Shown here in pieces: positions 19,008 to 28,139 of a DNA stretch of 64,000 nucleotides (its first letter is position 1; the number at the start of each line of letters is the position of its first letter). The position numbers were made by a program, and so were the translations under genes. A model generated the notes under the pieces. It made no database searches. It saw nothing but the letters and a program-made list of their open reading frames with translations, and had not been told where the DNA came from. Source of the DNA: Chloroflexota bacterium (lineage in GTDB: Bacteria > Chloroflexota > UBA11872); assembly GCA_965198285.1 (NCBI GenBank), contig OZ240251.1:821752-885751 (forward strand), written 5' to 3'.

Positions 19008-20084
19008 ATGGACACACCGGCCCCGCTGAAGCTAACGCCGCTGCCCGATGCCGCGGGCGGCTGGGCGGCGTTGCGCGACCCGGCCCGATCCGGCGTCTGG
19101 CGTCACCGCCCGGCGCTGGGACTGCCCGTGGACATCCCGGAGATCAGCCTGGGCGAGGGCGACACGCCCTTGGTCCCGCTTCCGCGTTGGGGCGCGGCGC
19201 ACGGGCTGCCTGGGGTGCTGGCCAAGCTCGAATACCTTGCTCCCACCGGCTCGTTCAAGGACCGCGGCGCGGCGACAGTCATCGCCGTGCTGGCTGGCGC
19301 GGGCGTCACCTCAATCGTCGAGGACTCCTCGGGCAACGCCGGCGCCGCCATGGCCGCCTACGCGGCCCGCGCGGGCCTGCGCGCCCGGATTTTCGTGCCC
19401 GAATCCGCGCCTGCGGCCAAGCGCGATCAGATTGCGGGCTACGGCGCGAAGGTCGTGGCCATTGCCGGCACGCGCGAGGACGTGGCGGCGGCGGCCGAAC
19501 AAGCGGCCCACGCCGACGGCGTGGCCTACGCCTCCCACAGCCGGCACCCGGCCTTCGTGGAAGGAACCAAGACCTTTGGCCTGGAAGTGGCGGCCTCGCT
19601 GGCCGACGATCCGCCCCGCCACATCGTGCTGCCGGTTGGCAACGGTGGACTGTTGCTCGGCGCGTTCAAGGCCTACCGCGAACTGGCAGCTGCTGGCTAT
19701 CCGGCACCACTGCCCCGCCTGCACGCCGCGCAGGCCGGGGCCTGCGCACCGCTGGCCGCGGCGTTCGCCGCGGGCGCCGACGAGCCATTGACCATCCAGG
19801 CGCGGCCCACCGTGGCCGGCGGCGTGGCGGTGGGCCGACCGGCACGCGGCGGAGAGGTGCTAGCGGCAATTCGCGCCTCAGGCGGAAGCGTGGCGGAAGT
19901 CGACGATGACTCCGCGCGCGCGACACGCGCTGACCTGTCCCGGCTGGAGGGTCTGGACCTGGAGTACACGTCGGTGGTGGCCTTCGCGGCGGCGGCGCGG
20001 CTGCGCGCATCCGGACTGATCGGCTACGGCGACCGCGTAGTGATCGCCGCTACCGGCAGCGGCCTCAAGGACGCCGGCGTCTAA
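19008..20084 (+). CDS. threonine synthase-like PLP-dependent enzyme
   Basis: PLP-lysine block TGSFKDRG, GNAGAAMAAYAA. ATG directly follows the upstream stop. Confidence 0.75.
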   Translation: MDTPAPLKLTPLPDAAGGWAALRDPARSGVWRHRPALGLPVDIPEISLGEGDTPLVPLPRWGAAHGLPGVLAKLEYLAPTGSFKDRGAATVIAVLAGAGVTSIVEDSSGNAGAAMAAYAARAGLRARIFVPESAPAAKRDQIAGYGAKVVAIAGTREDVAAAAEQAAHADGVAYASHSRHPAFVEGTKTFGLEVAASLADDPPRHIVLPVGNGGLLLGAFKAYRELAAAGYPAPLPRLHAAQAGACAPLAAAFAAGADEPLTIQARPTVAGGVAVGRPARGGEVLAAIRASGGSVAEVDDDSARATRADLSRLEGLDLEYTSVVAFAAAARLRASGLIGYGDRVVIAATGSGLKDAGV

Positions 20085-20178
20085 GCGTCAGCCTGTTCTA
20101 AGTAGCCCTTCGACAAGCTCAATGCGAACGAGAGCCGAGACCCAGGGTGAGCGAGGTACCGCGCGGCAGCACGCAGGG

Positions 20179-20196
20179 ATGTTTCACGTGAAACAT
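20179..20196. repeat. 18-bp perfect AT-rich palindrome ATGTTTCACGTGAAACAT between convergent genes
   Basis: Read directly. The reverse complement is identical. Confidence 0.6.
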
Positions 20197-20260
20197 TCGA
20201 TTGGCAGCGGCGGCTGCGGATGGCCCTTGGATAAGCGCAGCCGACCGGTGCGCTTGCTGG

Positions 20261-20875
20261 CTAGGCGGGCCGCATCGGCGTGTCGGAATCGTCGGGCATC
20301 ACCCGGATCACCCGCGTCTGCACCGTCAGGTCGTGCAGGCTGCGCCGGTCTGGTCGGTGAATGACCACGTACACCAGCAGCACCTGCACCAGGGCCGGCA
20401 GGATGGCCCAACCGGTCGCCTGGGCGGCCCCCAGCATGGTGCCCAGGGCGACCTCGCGAACCAGAATTCGCAGGGCCCCGGCCGGACCGCCGTCCCCGCC
20501 AACGAGCCGCAGACCCAGCGCCAGCTTGCCCAGCGTGAAACCGAAGGCGGACTGCACGGACCATCGGTAAAGCACCTCGAACACCAGCACCCAGAGCGCG
20601 AAGGTCGGATCAATGCTCAGCGCGTCCGAATCCATTCCGACCGAACCCGTGCTGACGCCGAGGATCGTTGTCACGATGGCGACCAGCAGCGAGTCGATGA
20701 CATAGGCGCCCACGCGTCGATAGACCAGCCCGGAATCGGCGGCAAACCCGCCCAGCCCACCGGTCGCGGGCGGGCCGTCGTCCGAATCCGCCGGCTCGGG
20801 CCAGTCGCGGCCGGCAGGCGGGTCGTCCGGGGATCCCGGCGGCGGCTCGCGGTCGCGCTCTGTCGGATCCCTCAC
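20261..20875 (-). CDS. RDD family membrane protein
   Basis: YRRVGAYVIDSLLV plus TM segments, with a proline/aspartate-rich N-terminus. Confidence 0.7.
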   Translation of the reverse strand: MRDPTERDREPPPGSPDDPPAGRDWPEPADSDDGPPATGGLGGFAADSGLVYRRVGAYVIDSLLVAIVTTILGVSTGSVGMDSDALSIDPTFALWVLVFEVLYRWSVQSAFGFTLGKLALGLRLVGGDGGPAGALRILVREVALGTMLGAAQATGWAILPALVQVLLVYVVIHRPDRRSLHDLTVQTRVIRVMPDDSDTPMRPA

Positions 20876-21006
20876 GCCGCCTCCATACGCGCTTGCGCAA
20901 CGCCGCCCGGCGGCGCTGGCCGTGGTACCCCTCGCGGCAGTATCTCACCGGCACGGCCTCGGCGCGCGGCCAATGCGGCCCGGCACCGCGCGTACACTCG
21001 GCCACG

Positions 21007-21756
21007 ATGCCAATTCGCGGTGTGATCTTTGACGTCGGCGACACGCTCCTCACCCAGGAGCCGTTGATCGGGTCGCCGAGCAACCGGCGCGGCGCCGCCG
21101 AGATTGCGCCGCTGGTCCGGCCGTTCCTGACCACCGAACTCACCGACGACCAACTGGCCGAGTCGCTGGGCGAAGGCCTGCAGGAGGCGCTGGTGGAGGC
21201 CTATCGGAACGAGTGCGCCCTGCCGGACGCGCACCGAGTCTTTAGCGAGGTGTTTGACGCCCTGGACTGGGAGCCGTCGTCCGAGGTCGTCGACCTGCTG
21301 CTGCCGGCCTATTTCCAGCCCTGGTTCCAGGCCATGCAGCCGCTGCCGCAGGCTGCCCGCGTGCTGCAGCTACTCCGCGAAGCCGGCCTGCGCACCGCCG
21401 CCATCGCCAACCTGCTCTACGGCGAGGACCTGCTCATCGAGCGCCTGCGCGCGCTCGGCCTGGCCCCGCACCTCGACACCCTGGTGCTCAGCACGGAACT
21501 GGGCTGGCTCAAGCCGCATCCCGCCCCCTACCGCGCGGCCGCACAGCGCCTGGGACTGTCGCCGCAGACGCTGGTGATGGTGGGCGACGACTGGGAGGTG
21601 GACGTGCGAGCCGCACAGCGCCTGGGGATTCGGGCCATCTGGCGCCGCTCGGCCGACGTCAGACCCCGGGACGACTCGGCCGCGGCGGTCATTGACGACA
21701 TGGGCGACCTGATCCCGGCGATTGCGGCGCTGGACCAGGTCGAGCGCGCAGCATGA
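21007..21756 (+). CDS. HAD superfamily hydrolase
   Basis: Motif I FDVGDTL and motif IV VGDDWEVD. Start at MPIRGVIFD (the track ORF starts 38 codons upstream). Confidence 0.75.
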   Translation: MPIRGVIFDVGDTLLTQEPLIGSPSNRRGAAEIAPLVRPFLTTELTDDQLAESLGEGLQEALVEAYRNECALPDAHRVFSEVFDALDWEPSSEVVDLLLPAYFQPWFQAMQPLPQAARVLQLLREAGLRTAAIANLLYGEDLLIERLRALGLAPHLDTLVLSTELGWLKPHPAPYRAAAQRLGLSPQTLVMVGDDWEVDVRAAQRLGIRAIWRRSADVRPRDDSAAAVIDDMGDLIPAIAALDQVERAA

Positions 21757-22487
21757 ACGGTCGAAGGCGCGCCCAACTGCTCGGACTGGCGCGGCACATC
21801 TACCGCGTGCCCAGTCCCACCTATAACCACGCCTCGCACCGCAACCTGCAGCGCTTCGGCAGCGCCCTCTCGGCGTCTGCCCGCCGCGACGGCGCCCGCG
21901 TGCTCAACGTCGGCGGCGGCGGTCGCCAGTTCCCGCCCGGCACGCTGGATGGCTTCGTGCGCGAGGTCATTGTGAACATTGACGTCGAACGGCATCCCAG
22001 CGTGCACGTGCTGGCCGACGCCGCGCGCCTCCCCTTCGCCTCCAATGCCTTCGGCGGCGCGCTTTCGACCGCCGTGCTGGAGCACGTACGCCGCCCGGGC
22101 GCGGCCATGACCGAGATTGCACGAGTCTGCGCGCCCGGCGGATTGGTCTACATCGAAGTCCCCTTTCTGCAGGGCTTCCACGCCTCCCCCAACGACTACC
22201 AGCGCTATACCAGCAGCGGCGTGGCCGAACTGCTGCGTGACTTTCAGGACGTGGAAGTGGGGGTGTGCGTGGGCCCCAGTTCCGCCCTCAGCTGGGTGCT
22301 TCGCGGCTACGTCAAAGGTGTGCTCAGCGGATTCTCTCGCAACCGGATTCGCGAACGCGCCGCCGAGTTTGTGGCCGCCTGGCTCACCACGCCCGTCAAG
22401 TACCTGGACCGTCTGGTGGCCGACCGCCCCGCCGCCGAAGACCTCGCCTCCGGCTTCTACGCCTTCGCCCGCGCGCCCCGCGACTGA
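21753..22487 (+). CDS. class I SAM-dependent methyltransferase (Methyltransf_11-like)
   Basis: VLNVGGGGRQ glycine-rich motif plus the LPF...FGGALSTAVLEHV block. ATGA overlap with the HAD gene. Confidence 0.75.
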   Translation: MNGRRRAQLLGLARHIYRVPSPTYNHASHRNLQRFGSALSASARRDGARVLNVGGGGRQFPPGTLDGFVREVIVNIDVERHPSVHVLADAARLPFASNAFGGALSTAVLEHVRRPGAAMTEIARVCAPGGLVYIEVPFLQGFHASPNDYQRYTSSGVAELLRDFQDVEVGVCVGPSSALSWVLRGYVKGVLSGFSRNRIRERAAEFVAAWLTTPVKYLDRLVADRPAAEDLASGFYAFARAPRD

Positions 22488-22594
22488 AGCTCTTGCCCTA
22501 TCGACAGCGGGGTGTTAGCACCCGGCTTCGGCAGCACAGCCGTTCGCTAACGCCGGCGCGCCGGAATGGCAAGTAGGGCTGAAGGTCGCTCCGG

Positions 22595-23578
22595 CTAGAG
22601 CGTCACCACCCGGCCCTCGGCCGCTGAGGTGTAGGCGGCGTCGATGACGCGCTGGACTTCCAGGCCGCCTTTGCCGGTCAGTACGGGCGTGCCGCCGTTG
22701 ATGCCCTGCACGAAGTCGGCGATCAGCGGCAGGTCGTGCAGCTCGTGCTCGGGCAGCGTGAACGTATCCGAGCGGTCCGGCCGCTCGACGGTGAATTCCT
22801 CGCCGCGCGCGAAGGGCACGTTGATGTGACCGTCCGTGCACCACACCTCGTAGTCCCCGCGCGCCGGGTTGATGGACCAGAGCGCCGAGATGGTGGCTTG
22901 GACGCCGGAGTGGTACTGGACGATCACTGAGGTCGTGTCTTCCACGTCACCGGGGATCACGCGTTGGTCGCTGAAGGCGGCCACACGCGCGGCTGTACCG
23001 GCCAGGCTGTAGAAGATGTCCAACCGATGGCTGCCCAGGTCCATCAGCGGCCCACCGCCGCTCTGCGCGCGGTCGACGCGCCAGTACTTGGGGTCGTGGG
23101 GCGTCATGGTGAAGGGGCCTGACGTGTTGGCGTGCAACGCGATCAGTTCGCCAAGCTCGCCCGACTCCACAATCTCCCGCACCCGCAGGTTGATCGGATA
23201 GAAGCGGTGATAGAAGGCGATGCCCAACCGCAGTCCGGCGCCGTCGGCTGTCTCCACCATGCGCGCCGCCTCGGCCGCGTCCATGGCCATGGGCTTTTCC
23301 ACCAGGACGTGCATGCCGCGCTCCAGAGCCGCTAGCGTCTGCGGTCCATGCAGGTTCACCGGCGTCGCCACGTACACGGCGTCCAGTCCGCCAGCCGCCA
23401 GCATGTCGTCGTAGCTGGTGTAGGCGTTCGAGACCTCGAACTGTCGGGCGTATTGGTCCAGCAACTGTGGATCGCGGCGGCAAATCGCGACGAGTTCGCT
23501 GCCCTCGTGGGCCTGAATGGCGGGCGCGACGGCCCTGGCCGCAATATCTCCCAAGCCCACGATTCCCCAGCGCACCAT
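22595..23578 (-). CDS. Gfo/Idh/MocA family oxidoreductase
   Basis: MVRWGIVGLGDIAARA Rossmann N-terminus and the EKP motif. Confidence 0.85.
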   Translation of the reverse strand: MVRWGIVGLGDIAARAVAPAIQAHEGSELVAICRRDPQLLDQYARQFEVSNAYTSYDDMLAAGGLDAVYVATPVNLHGPQTLAALERGMHVLVEKPMAMDAAEAARMVETADGAGLRLGIAFYHRFYPINLRVREIVESGELGELIALHANTSGPFTMTPHDPKYWRVDRAQSGGGPLMDLGSHRLDIFYSLAGTAARVAAFSDQRVIPGDVEDTTSVIVQYHSGVQATISALWSINPARGDYEVWCTDGHINVPFARGEEFTVERPDRSDTFTLPEHELHDLPLIADFVQGINGGTPVLTGKGGLEVQRVIDAAYTSAAEGRVVTL

Positions 23579-23754
23579 CGGCTAGCCCTCGCACATGGTT
23601 ACAGCAGGCACGGTACCCGGCAGTGCGCCTGCGGGCAATCTGAACCGGCCACCCGGCGTGCGGTGTCGCTCTGGCCCAAGGCCCGATGCGTGCGTTGTAC
23701 GTCGTAACCCGGCCTGGGTCGGAGTCCGAACCTCCGCCCGCTGAGCGTTGTCGG

Positions 23755-24357
23755 CTAGCGGAGGTGCTGGAGGATTACGGTCAACTCGTCGGCTAAGATC
23801 CGCCCGCCAACGCGCAGCGCTGTCGTGCCGTCGGAGTTCACGAAGACCCAGTACGGGTAGCCGCGCAAGCCAAAGGCATCGGCTACTTCGTTCTTGGTGT
23901 CCACCACAACCGGCACGGTCCAGCCTTCGCGTTCCAGCCACGCATCCGGCGGATAGTTGGGTCGACTGGCGTCGATGCCCGTGGCAACGGCGTAGAGATC
24001 AATCTGTTCTGGAACGCCCCCGGCGTCCACCAAGGCCTGCACGACAGGTACCTCGGCCTGGCAGTGCGGTCACCAGTGCGCCAGAAAGATCAGCGCCTTC
24101 GTGCGTCCGTCGTTGGTAATCGAGACGGCCGTTCCGTCGAAGGATGTGCCGCGCACCTCCGGCGCCGGCTGGCCCGCCGCGCTGTCTGGGACGGGCTGTG
24201 CGTAGGCGGCCAGCTTGGCGCCGCTGATCTCCGGATCCCGGACGCTCGCGCCGCCGTCCTGCGATTCACCGCAGGCGGCCACGAGCGGCACGATCCCAAC
24301 GACCAGCGCGAAAGCCACGAGGCGCACGGCCAGCGCGACGCGATTCTTCAAACTCAC
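23755..24357 (-). CDS. TlpA/ResA-like thiol-disulfide oxidoreductase lipoprotein with in-frame TGA (24070-24072) at the first Cys of CxxC - selenocysteine candidate (W-U-P-H-C)
   Basis: Two track ORFs (24357..24070 and 24042..23755) are one frame separated only by TGA. Read-through gives ...ALIFLAHW[TGA]PHCQAEVPVVQALVDAG..., which aligns to ResA FLNFWGTWCEPCKKEFP. The N-terminal lipobox is LVAAC. Confidence 0.6.
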
Positions 24358-24455
24358 TGGTCGGCGCCTCCCCAGGCAAGCGGCTCACTCAGCATAGCCG
24401 CATGCCTGCCGGACAGGTTGCCAAGGACGCGATGGTCGGGATTCGCAGGCGGCGC

Positions 24456-24815
24456 TCATTCGGGTTCCCAAGTTAGGGCACGGCCGCAGCCCCACGCGGC
24501 GGCGTCCATTGCCGCTACCCGGTCAGCGTCGGTGTGGTCGGGGCTCGCCGTCGCGAGGACGCGTGCCGTCGCTGGAAGAACCTCCTGGGCGACCATCGCG
24601 CCCCACTCATAGGGAACCGGCTCGTTCCTATCGAACCACTCCGCCAGGGAAATAGCCACTGAGTGGATGACAAGAAATGCCGATGGATGCCTTGCGGTGT
24701 TTAGCAGTCGCAGGCTCTCGTGCGCGACTTCAACGAGCGTACGCTGGCTAGGTTGCTGCGACAGCAGCCGCCGCAGATGCTCGTCGTTCGGTTGACCGTT
24801 GACCGAAGTCATCAA
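24456..24815 (-). CDS. hypothetical protein
   Basis: 119-aa ORF with no recognisable motif. Overlaps the pyrE 3' end by 68 nt, so its start is uncertain. Confidence 0.3.
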   Translation of the reverse strand: MMTSVNGQPNDEHLRRLLSQQPSQRTLVEVAHESLRLLNTARHPSAFLVIHSVAISLAEWFDRNEPVPYEWGAMVAQEVLPATARVLATASPDHTDADRVAAMDAAAWGCGRALTWEPE

Positions 24816-25353
24816 TGGTGAGGATAGCGCGGGTCGGTACGCCTATCTCCCGCATGGTTTGTTCAAAGCCGGCCAAGCGGTCGATCAAGGCAATCGCAAG
24901 CACGACGGTCAGGCCGGACTCGCGCAGCTGCTCAACGGCCTGCTTCGCTGAGCCTCCCGAGGTCACCACGTCGTCAACGACGACGACCTCATTGACGCCG
25001 GCCGTTGGACCTTCAATCAAGCGCTCCGTACCGTGCGTCTTCTGTTCCTTGCGGACGATCAGCCCATTCAACGGCTGCCGGGTTGATTCGCTCAGCAGAA
25101 CGATGGAAGAAATGATCGGGTCAGCGCCGAGGGTGAGACCGCCAACCGCGTCGGCGTTCGGCGCGTGCTTCGAGATCGCGTCAATGAATGCCCGACCTAC
25201 CAAGCGCGCGCCCCTGGGGCTCAGCGTGACGGGCTTTGAGTCGAAGTAGAAGGAACTCTCCTGCCCAGAGGCGAGTTCAAAACCGCCGTGGAGGAGCGCA
25301 TCTCTCTCGACCAGAAAGCACAGCCGTTCCCGGTCCTCGTCAGAGAAACCCAC
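24748..25353 (-). CDS. pyrE: orotate phosphoribosyltransferase
   Basis: GGFELASGQESSFYFDSK and PRPP-binding VVVVDDVVTSGGS. GTG start. Confidence 0.8.
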   Translation of the reverse strand: MGFSDEDRERLCFLVERDALLHGGFELASGQESSFYFDSKPVTLSPRGARLVGRAFIDAISKHAPNADAVGGLTLGADPIISSIVLLSESTRQPLNGLIVRKEQKTHGTERLIEGPTAGVNEVVVVDDVVTSGGSAKQAVEQLRESGLTVVLAIALIDRLAGFEQTMREIGVPTRAILTIDDFGQRSTERRASAAAAVAAT

Positions 25354-25572
25354 GTTTTGGTTTACAGCCTATACACCTTGTCCTGCGCTCAGCGCACACA
25401 GTGCCACATCTTGCTTGCAGGTGCACAGGAAACGACGGTCTTCTGCCTCATCAGAGCACCTGGCCAATGACTACTGGCTGGTAGTCCTGTCCTAACTTGA
25501 AGCGGAGGTTGCACTCTCGGGAACTGAAGCTTCCTCCATCGAGCTACTAAACTAGTGTGTGCCGGCTCCGCA

Positions 25573-26433
25573 TCACTCGGCGTGCTTGGCCAGGCGGCTG
25601 ACAGCGTCGGCCAGATCGGAAAGGTCGGCATCGCGGCCGAACGTGGCATCCACTTCGCGAAACACCTGGGCCGCGCCGGTGTGGAAGTTCGGCGTGACGT
25701 CGACGTGCTCGAAGGTCTGCGCGATTTCCTCCATTTCCCCAATCCAGCGATAGGCGACGTTGGGCAGACGTCGCATGCCCTGCTTGGCGGCGCCAAGGGC
25801 GGCGGCCTGGCTGTGCTCCATTTCGGCAATCAGTTCGTCGTACACGTCCAGCCGCCGGGCGGCGACCAGCAGGGCCGTGCGCAGGGCGGTGGTTCCCTTG
25901 GTCATGGCCGCGTAGCACATCTTGACGGCCGAGGCCTTGCCGATCTCGGGGCCGACGTCCACCACATCAATCCCGCGGCCGTCGAGCTGGCCTAGGACGT
26001 GGGCTTCCACCCCTGAGGCGTAGACACGCGGCCCCTGGCCGTTGCGCGGCGGACCGCCGACGATGCCGCCGTCCACCAGGGTCACGCCGCTGCCGGCCAG
26101 ATCGGCCTCCATGGCCTGGACGGTCTGCGGGGCGATGGCGTTGCAGTCGGCTAGCACGGTGTTAGCGCCGGCGGACCGCGCCGCCGCGCCCACCTCGGCG
26201 GCCACGCCACGGGCACGCGCGGGCACCAGAATTGACAGGATCAGGTCGCAGCGCTTGACCAGCGTGGCCAGGTCGGGCACGGCCTCGATTCCGGCAGCCC
26301 GGGCCCGCTCGTGCGAGGCGGGGCTGCGCCCGGCCAGACAGGTGAGAACCGCGAGACCGCTTGCGCGCAGGGCGGCGCCGACGCCGGCGCCCATTTCGCC
26401 CGGACTCAGGATGCCAACGGTTTGCACAGCCAT
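25573..26433 (-). CDS. NAD(P)-binding oxidoreductase (6PGDH-type NAD-binding domain + DUF1932)
   Basis: VGILSPGEMGAGVGAAL Rossmann motif. Start at MAVQTVG, preceded by AAGGAGG. Confidence 0.75.
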   Translation of the reverse strand: MAVQTVGILSPGEMGAGVGAALRASGLAVLTCLAGRSPASHERARAAGIEAVPDLATLVKRCDLILSILVPARARGVAAEVGAAARSAGANTVLADCNAIAPQTVQAMEADLAGSGVTLVDGGIVGGPPRNGQGPRVYASGVEAHVLGQLDGRGIDVVDVGPEIGKASAVKMCYAAMTKGTTALRTALLVAARRLDVYDELIAEMEHSQAAALGAAKQGMRRLPNVAYRWIGEMEEIAQTFEHVDVTPNFHTGAAQVFREVDATFGRDADLSDLADAVSRLAKHAE

Positions 26434-26548
26434 GCTCGCCTCCTTGACCTCGACTATGTGTTCGCAGGTGCTCGGCTGCATGATGCCGGAGCGGAGCGTC
26501 AGAGCTGGGCGGGATGCGGAAATACGCAGCCTTCGAGCCAGCGCGGCG

Positions 26549-26623
26549 TGGTAGCCCCGCCCGGACTCGAACCGGGGCGCATGGTTTAGGAAACCACCGC
26601 TCTATCCACTGAGCTACGGGGCC
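26549..26623 (-). tRNA. tRNA-Arg (anticodon CCT)
   Basis: Hand-folded cloverleaf. Acceptor GGCCCCG/CGGGGCU with G1-U72, D-stem GCUC/GAGC, anticodon loop UUCCUAA, T-arm CCCGG-UUCGAGU-CCGGG, and encoded CCA. Confidence 0.85.
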
Positions 26624-26777
26624 ATCGGACGGCGCCGCCCCGCCAACGATACCGAGTGGCGCCAAACCGAGTCGCCGCCATATTTCAACGGCCGGCGGAA
26701 AACTGCGGTCTGCTTCTTGACGTCGTCCGTGAGAACGTCCGGCAGCAGGTGGCGCACCTGCCACCCGCCGAGTGTGT

Positions 26778-27863
26778 CTAGTCCAACGGCGCTCCCAGGC
26801 ACAGGCCCGTATCGCGCGCGGCCAGCATCCACGGGTGATCCAGCGGCACCGTCTTGCGCTGGCTGGCCACGGCCGCCACATCGACCAGCGCGGTGCCTTC
26901 GCCGCGAGCCGCCACCATCACGCCCCTGGCGCCTGCGGCCACCGCGTCGGCCCCGGCCGTCCCCAGCCGAGTCGCCAGCAAACGGTCAGCGGCCGTGGGC
27001 GTCCCACCGCGCTGCACGTACCCAAGAATGGTCAGGCGCGCTTCCAGGCGTGTCAGCACTTCCAGGCGGCGAGTCAGCGCCAAGGTGGATCCGGCGAACT
27101 CGAATGCAAGGCTGTAGTCGGAGGCCGCGTCGGGCAACCCCAGGTCCGCCGGATTCCGCGGCTGCGCGCGCTCCGCCACTGCCACAATGCTGAACCCGTG
27201 CCCACCCAGGCTGCGCTGGCGGATGGACTCCGCAACGTATTCCACGTCGTAGGGCACTTCCGGCAGCAACACCACGTCCGCGCCGCTGGCCAGCCCCGCG
27301 CCCAGGGTCAGCCAGCCCGTGTTATGCCCCATGATTTGCACCACGATGATGCGGTGGTGACTGTGGGCCGTGCTGTGCAGCCGGTCGATGGCCTCGGTCG
27401 CGATCGACAGCGCCGTGTCGAAGCCGATTGTCGTGTCGGTATGCGCAATGTCGTTGTCGATCGTCTTCGGCAAGGTGACGATGTTCAGCCCTGCGTCCAG
27501 CAGCCGATTGGCGCTGGAATGCGTGCCGCCGCCGCCCAGACACACCAGCGCGTCCAGGTGCAGGTCCGCGTAGTTCTCGCAGGCGCGGGCCGTCATGTCG
27601 ATCGTTTGATCGCCAACCCTCAGTTTGTGCGGCTTGTCGCGGCTGGTCCCCAGAATCGTGCCGCCGCGCGTCAGAATCCCGGCCAGGGACTCCGAGTCCA
27701 GTTCCACCACCCGGTTCTCCACCAGGCCACGAAACCCGTCGCGAATCCCCACCACGCGCATGCCGTAGCGCCCGATGGCGGACTTGCCGACCGCGCGGAT
27801 GGCCGCGTTCAACCCGGGACTGTCGCCCCCAGCGGTGAGAATGCCAATGCGACGGGGGGTCAT
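26778..27863 (-). CDS. pfkA: 6-phosphofructokinase
   Basis: [27 protein letters not shown] and MGHNTGWL blocks. Confidence 0.9.
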   Translation of the reverse strand: MTPRRIGILTAGGDSPGLNAAIRAVGKSAIGRYGMRVVGIRDGFRGLVENRVVELDSESLAGILTRGGTILGTSRDKPHKLRVGDQTIDMTARACENYADLHLDALVCLGGGGTHSSANRLLDAGLNIVTLPKTIDNDIAHTDTTIGFDTALSIATEAIDRLHSTAHSHHRIIVVQIMGHNTGWLTLGAGLASGADVVLLPEVPYDVEYVAESIRQRSLGGHGFSIVAVAERAQPRNPADLGLPDAASDYSLAFEFAGSTLALTRRLEVLTRLEARLTILGYVQRGGTPTAADRLLATRLGTAGADAVAAGARGVMVAARGEGTALVDVAAVASQRKTVPLDHPWMLAARDTGLCLGAPLD

Positions 27864-28036
27864 GGCCTGCTTTCGACTATTGGGTCGAACGGCGTTGGGG
27901 TGCTCCCCGTAAAGGCTGGGTCGAGCTGCTGATTACCATGGTAATGCCCTGGGGCCACGTACCGAGCCGTTACCCATCCTGAGATTCATTGCACGGGGAT
28001 CTCGGTCCCAGGCGCAATGTCGAATTGATATCTACA

Positions 28037-28055
28037 ACACGACTCGGAGTCGTGT
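28037..28055. promoter_or_regulatory. 19-bp palindrome ACACGACTC-G-GAGTCGTGT in the low-GC region upstream of fic, followed by TTCAATGC direct repeats
   Basis: Read directly. Perfect 9-bp arms about 85 nt upstream of the fic ATG. Confidence 0.35.
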
Positions 28056-28139
28056 TCAATGCGATGTGAAGTTACTTTCAATGCAGCTCTGAATCGTGTA
28101 ATATAGATCCGTGGGTCGTGGTGAATAGAACAATTCGAC

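Noticed and set aside
24070-24072. Treating the TGA in the TlpA-like gene as an ordinary stop that creates two separate 95-aa genes
   Set aside because: The downstream piece has no independent start or RBS (its 'M' is an internal GTG Val). The two pieces together form one complete thioredoxin fold with the TGA at the catalytic Cys. A pseudogene remains the alternative and is noted in the finding.
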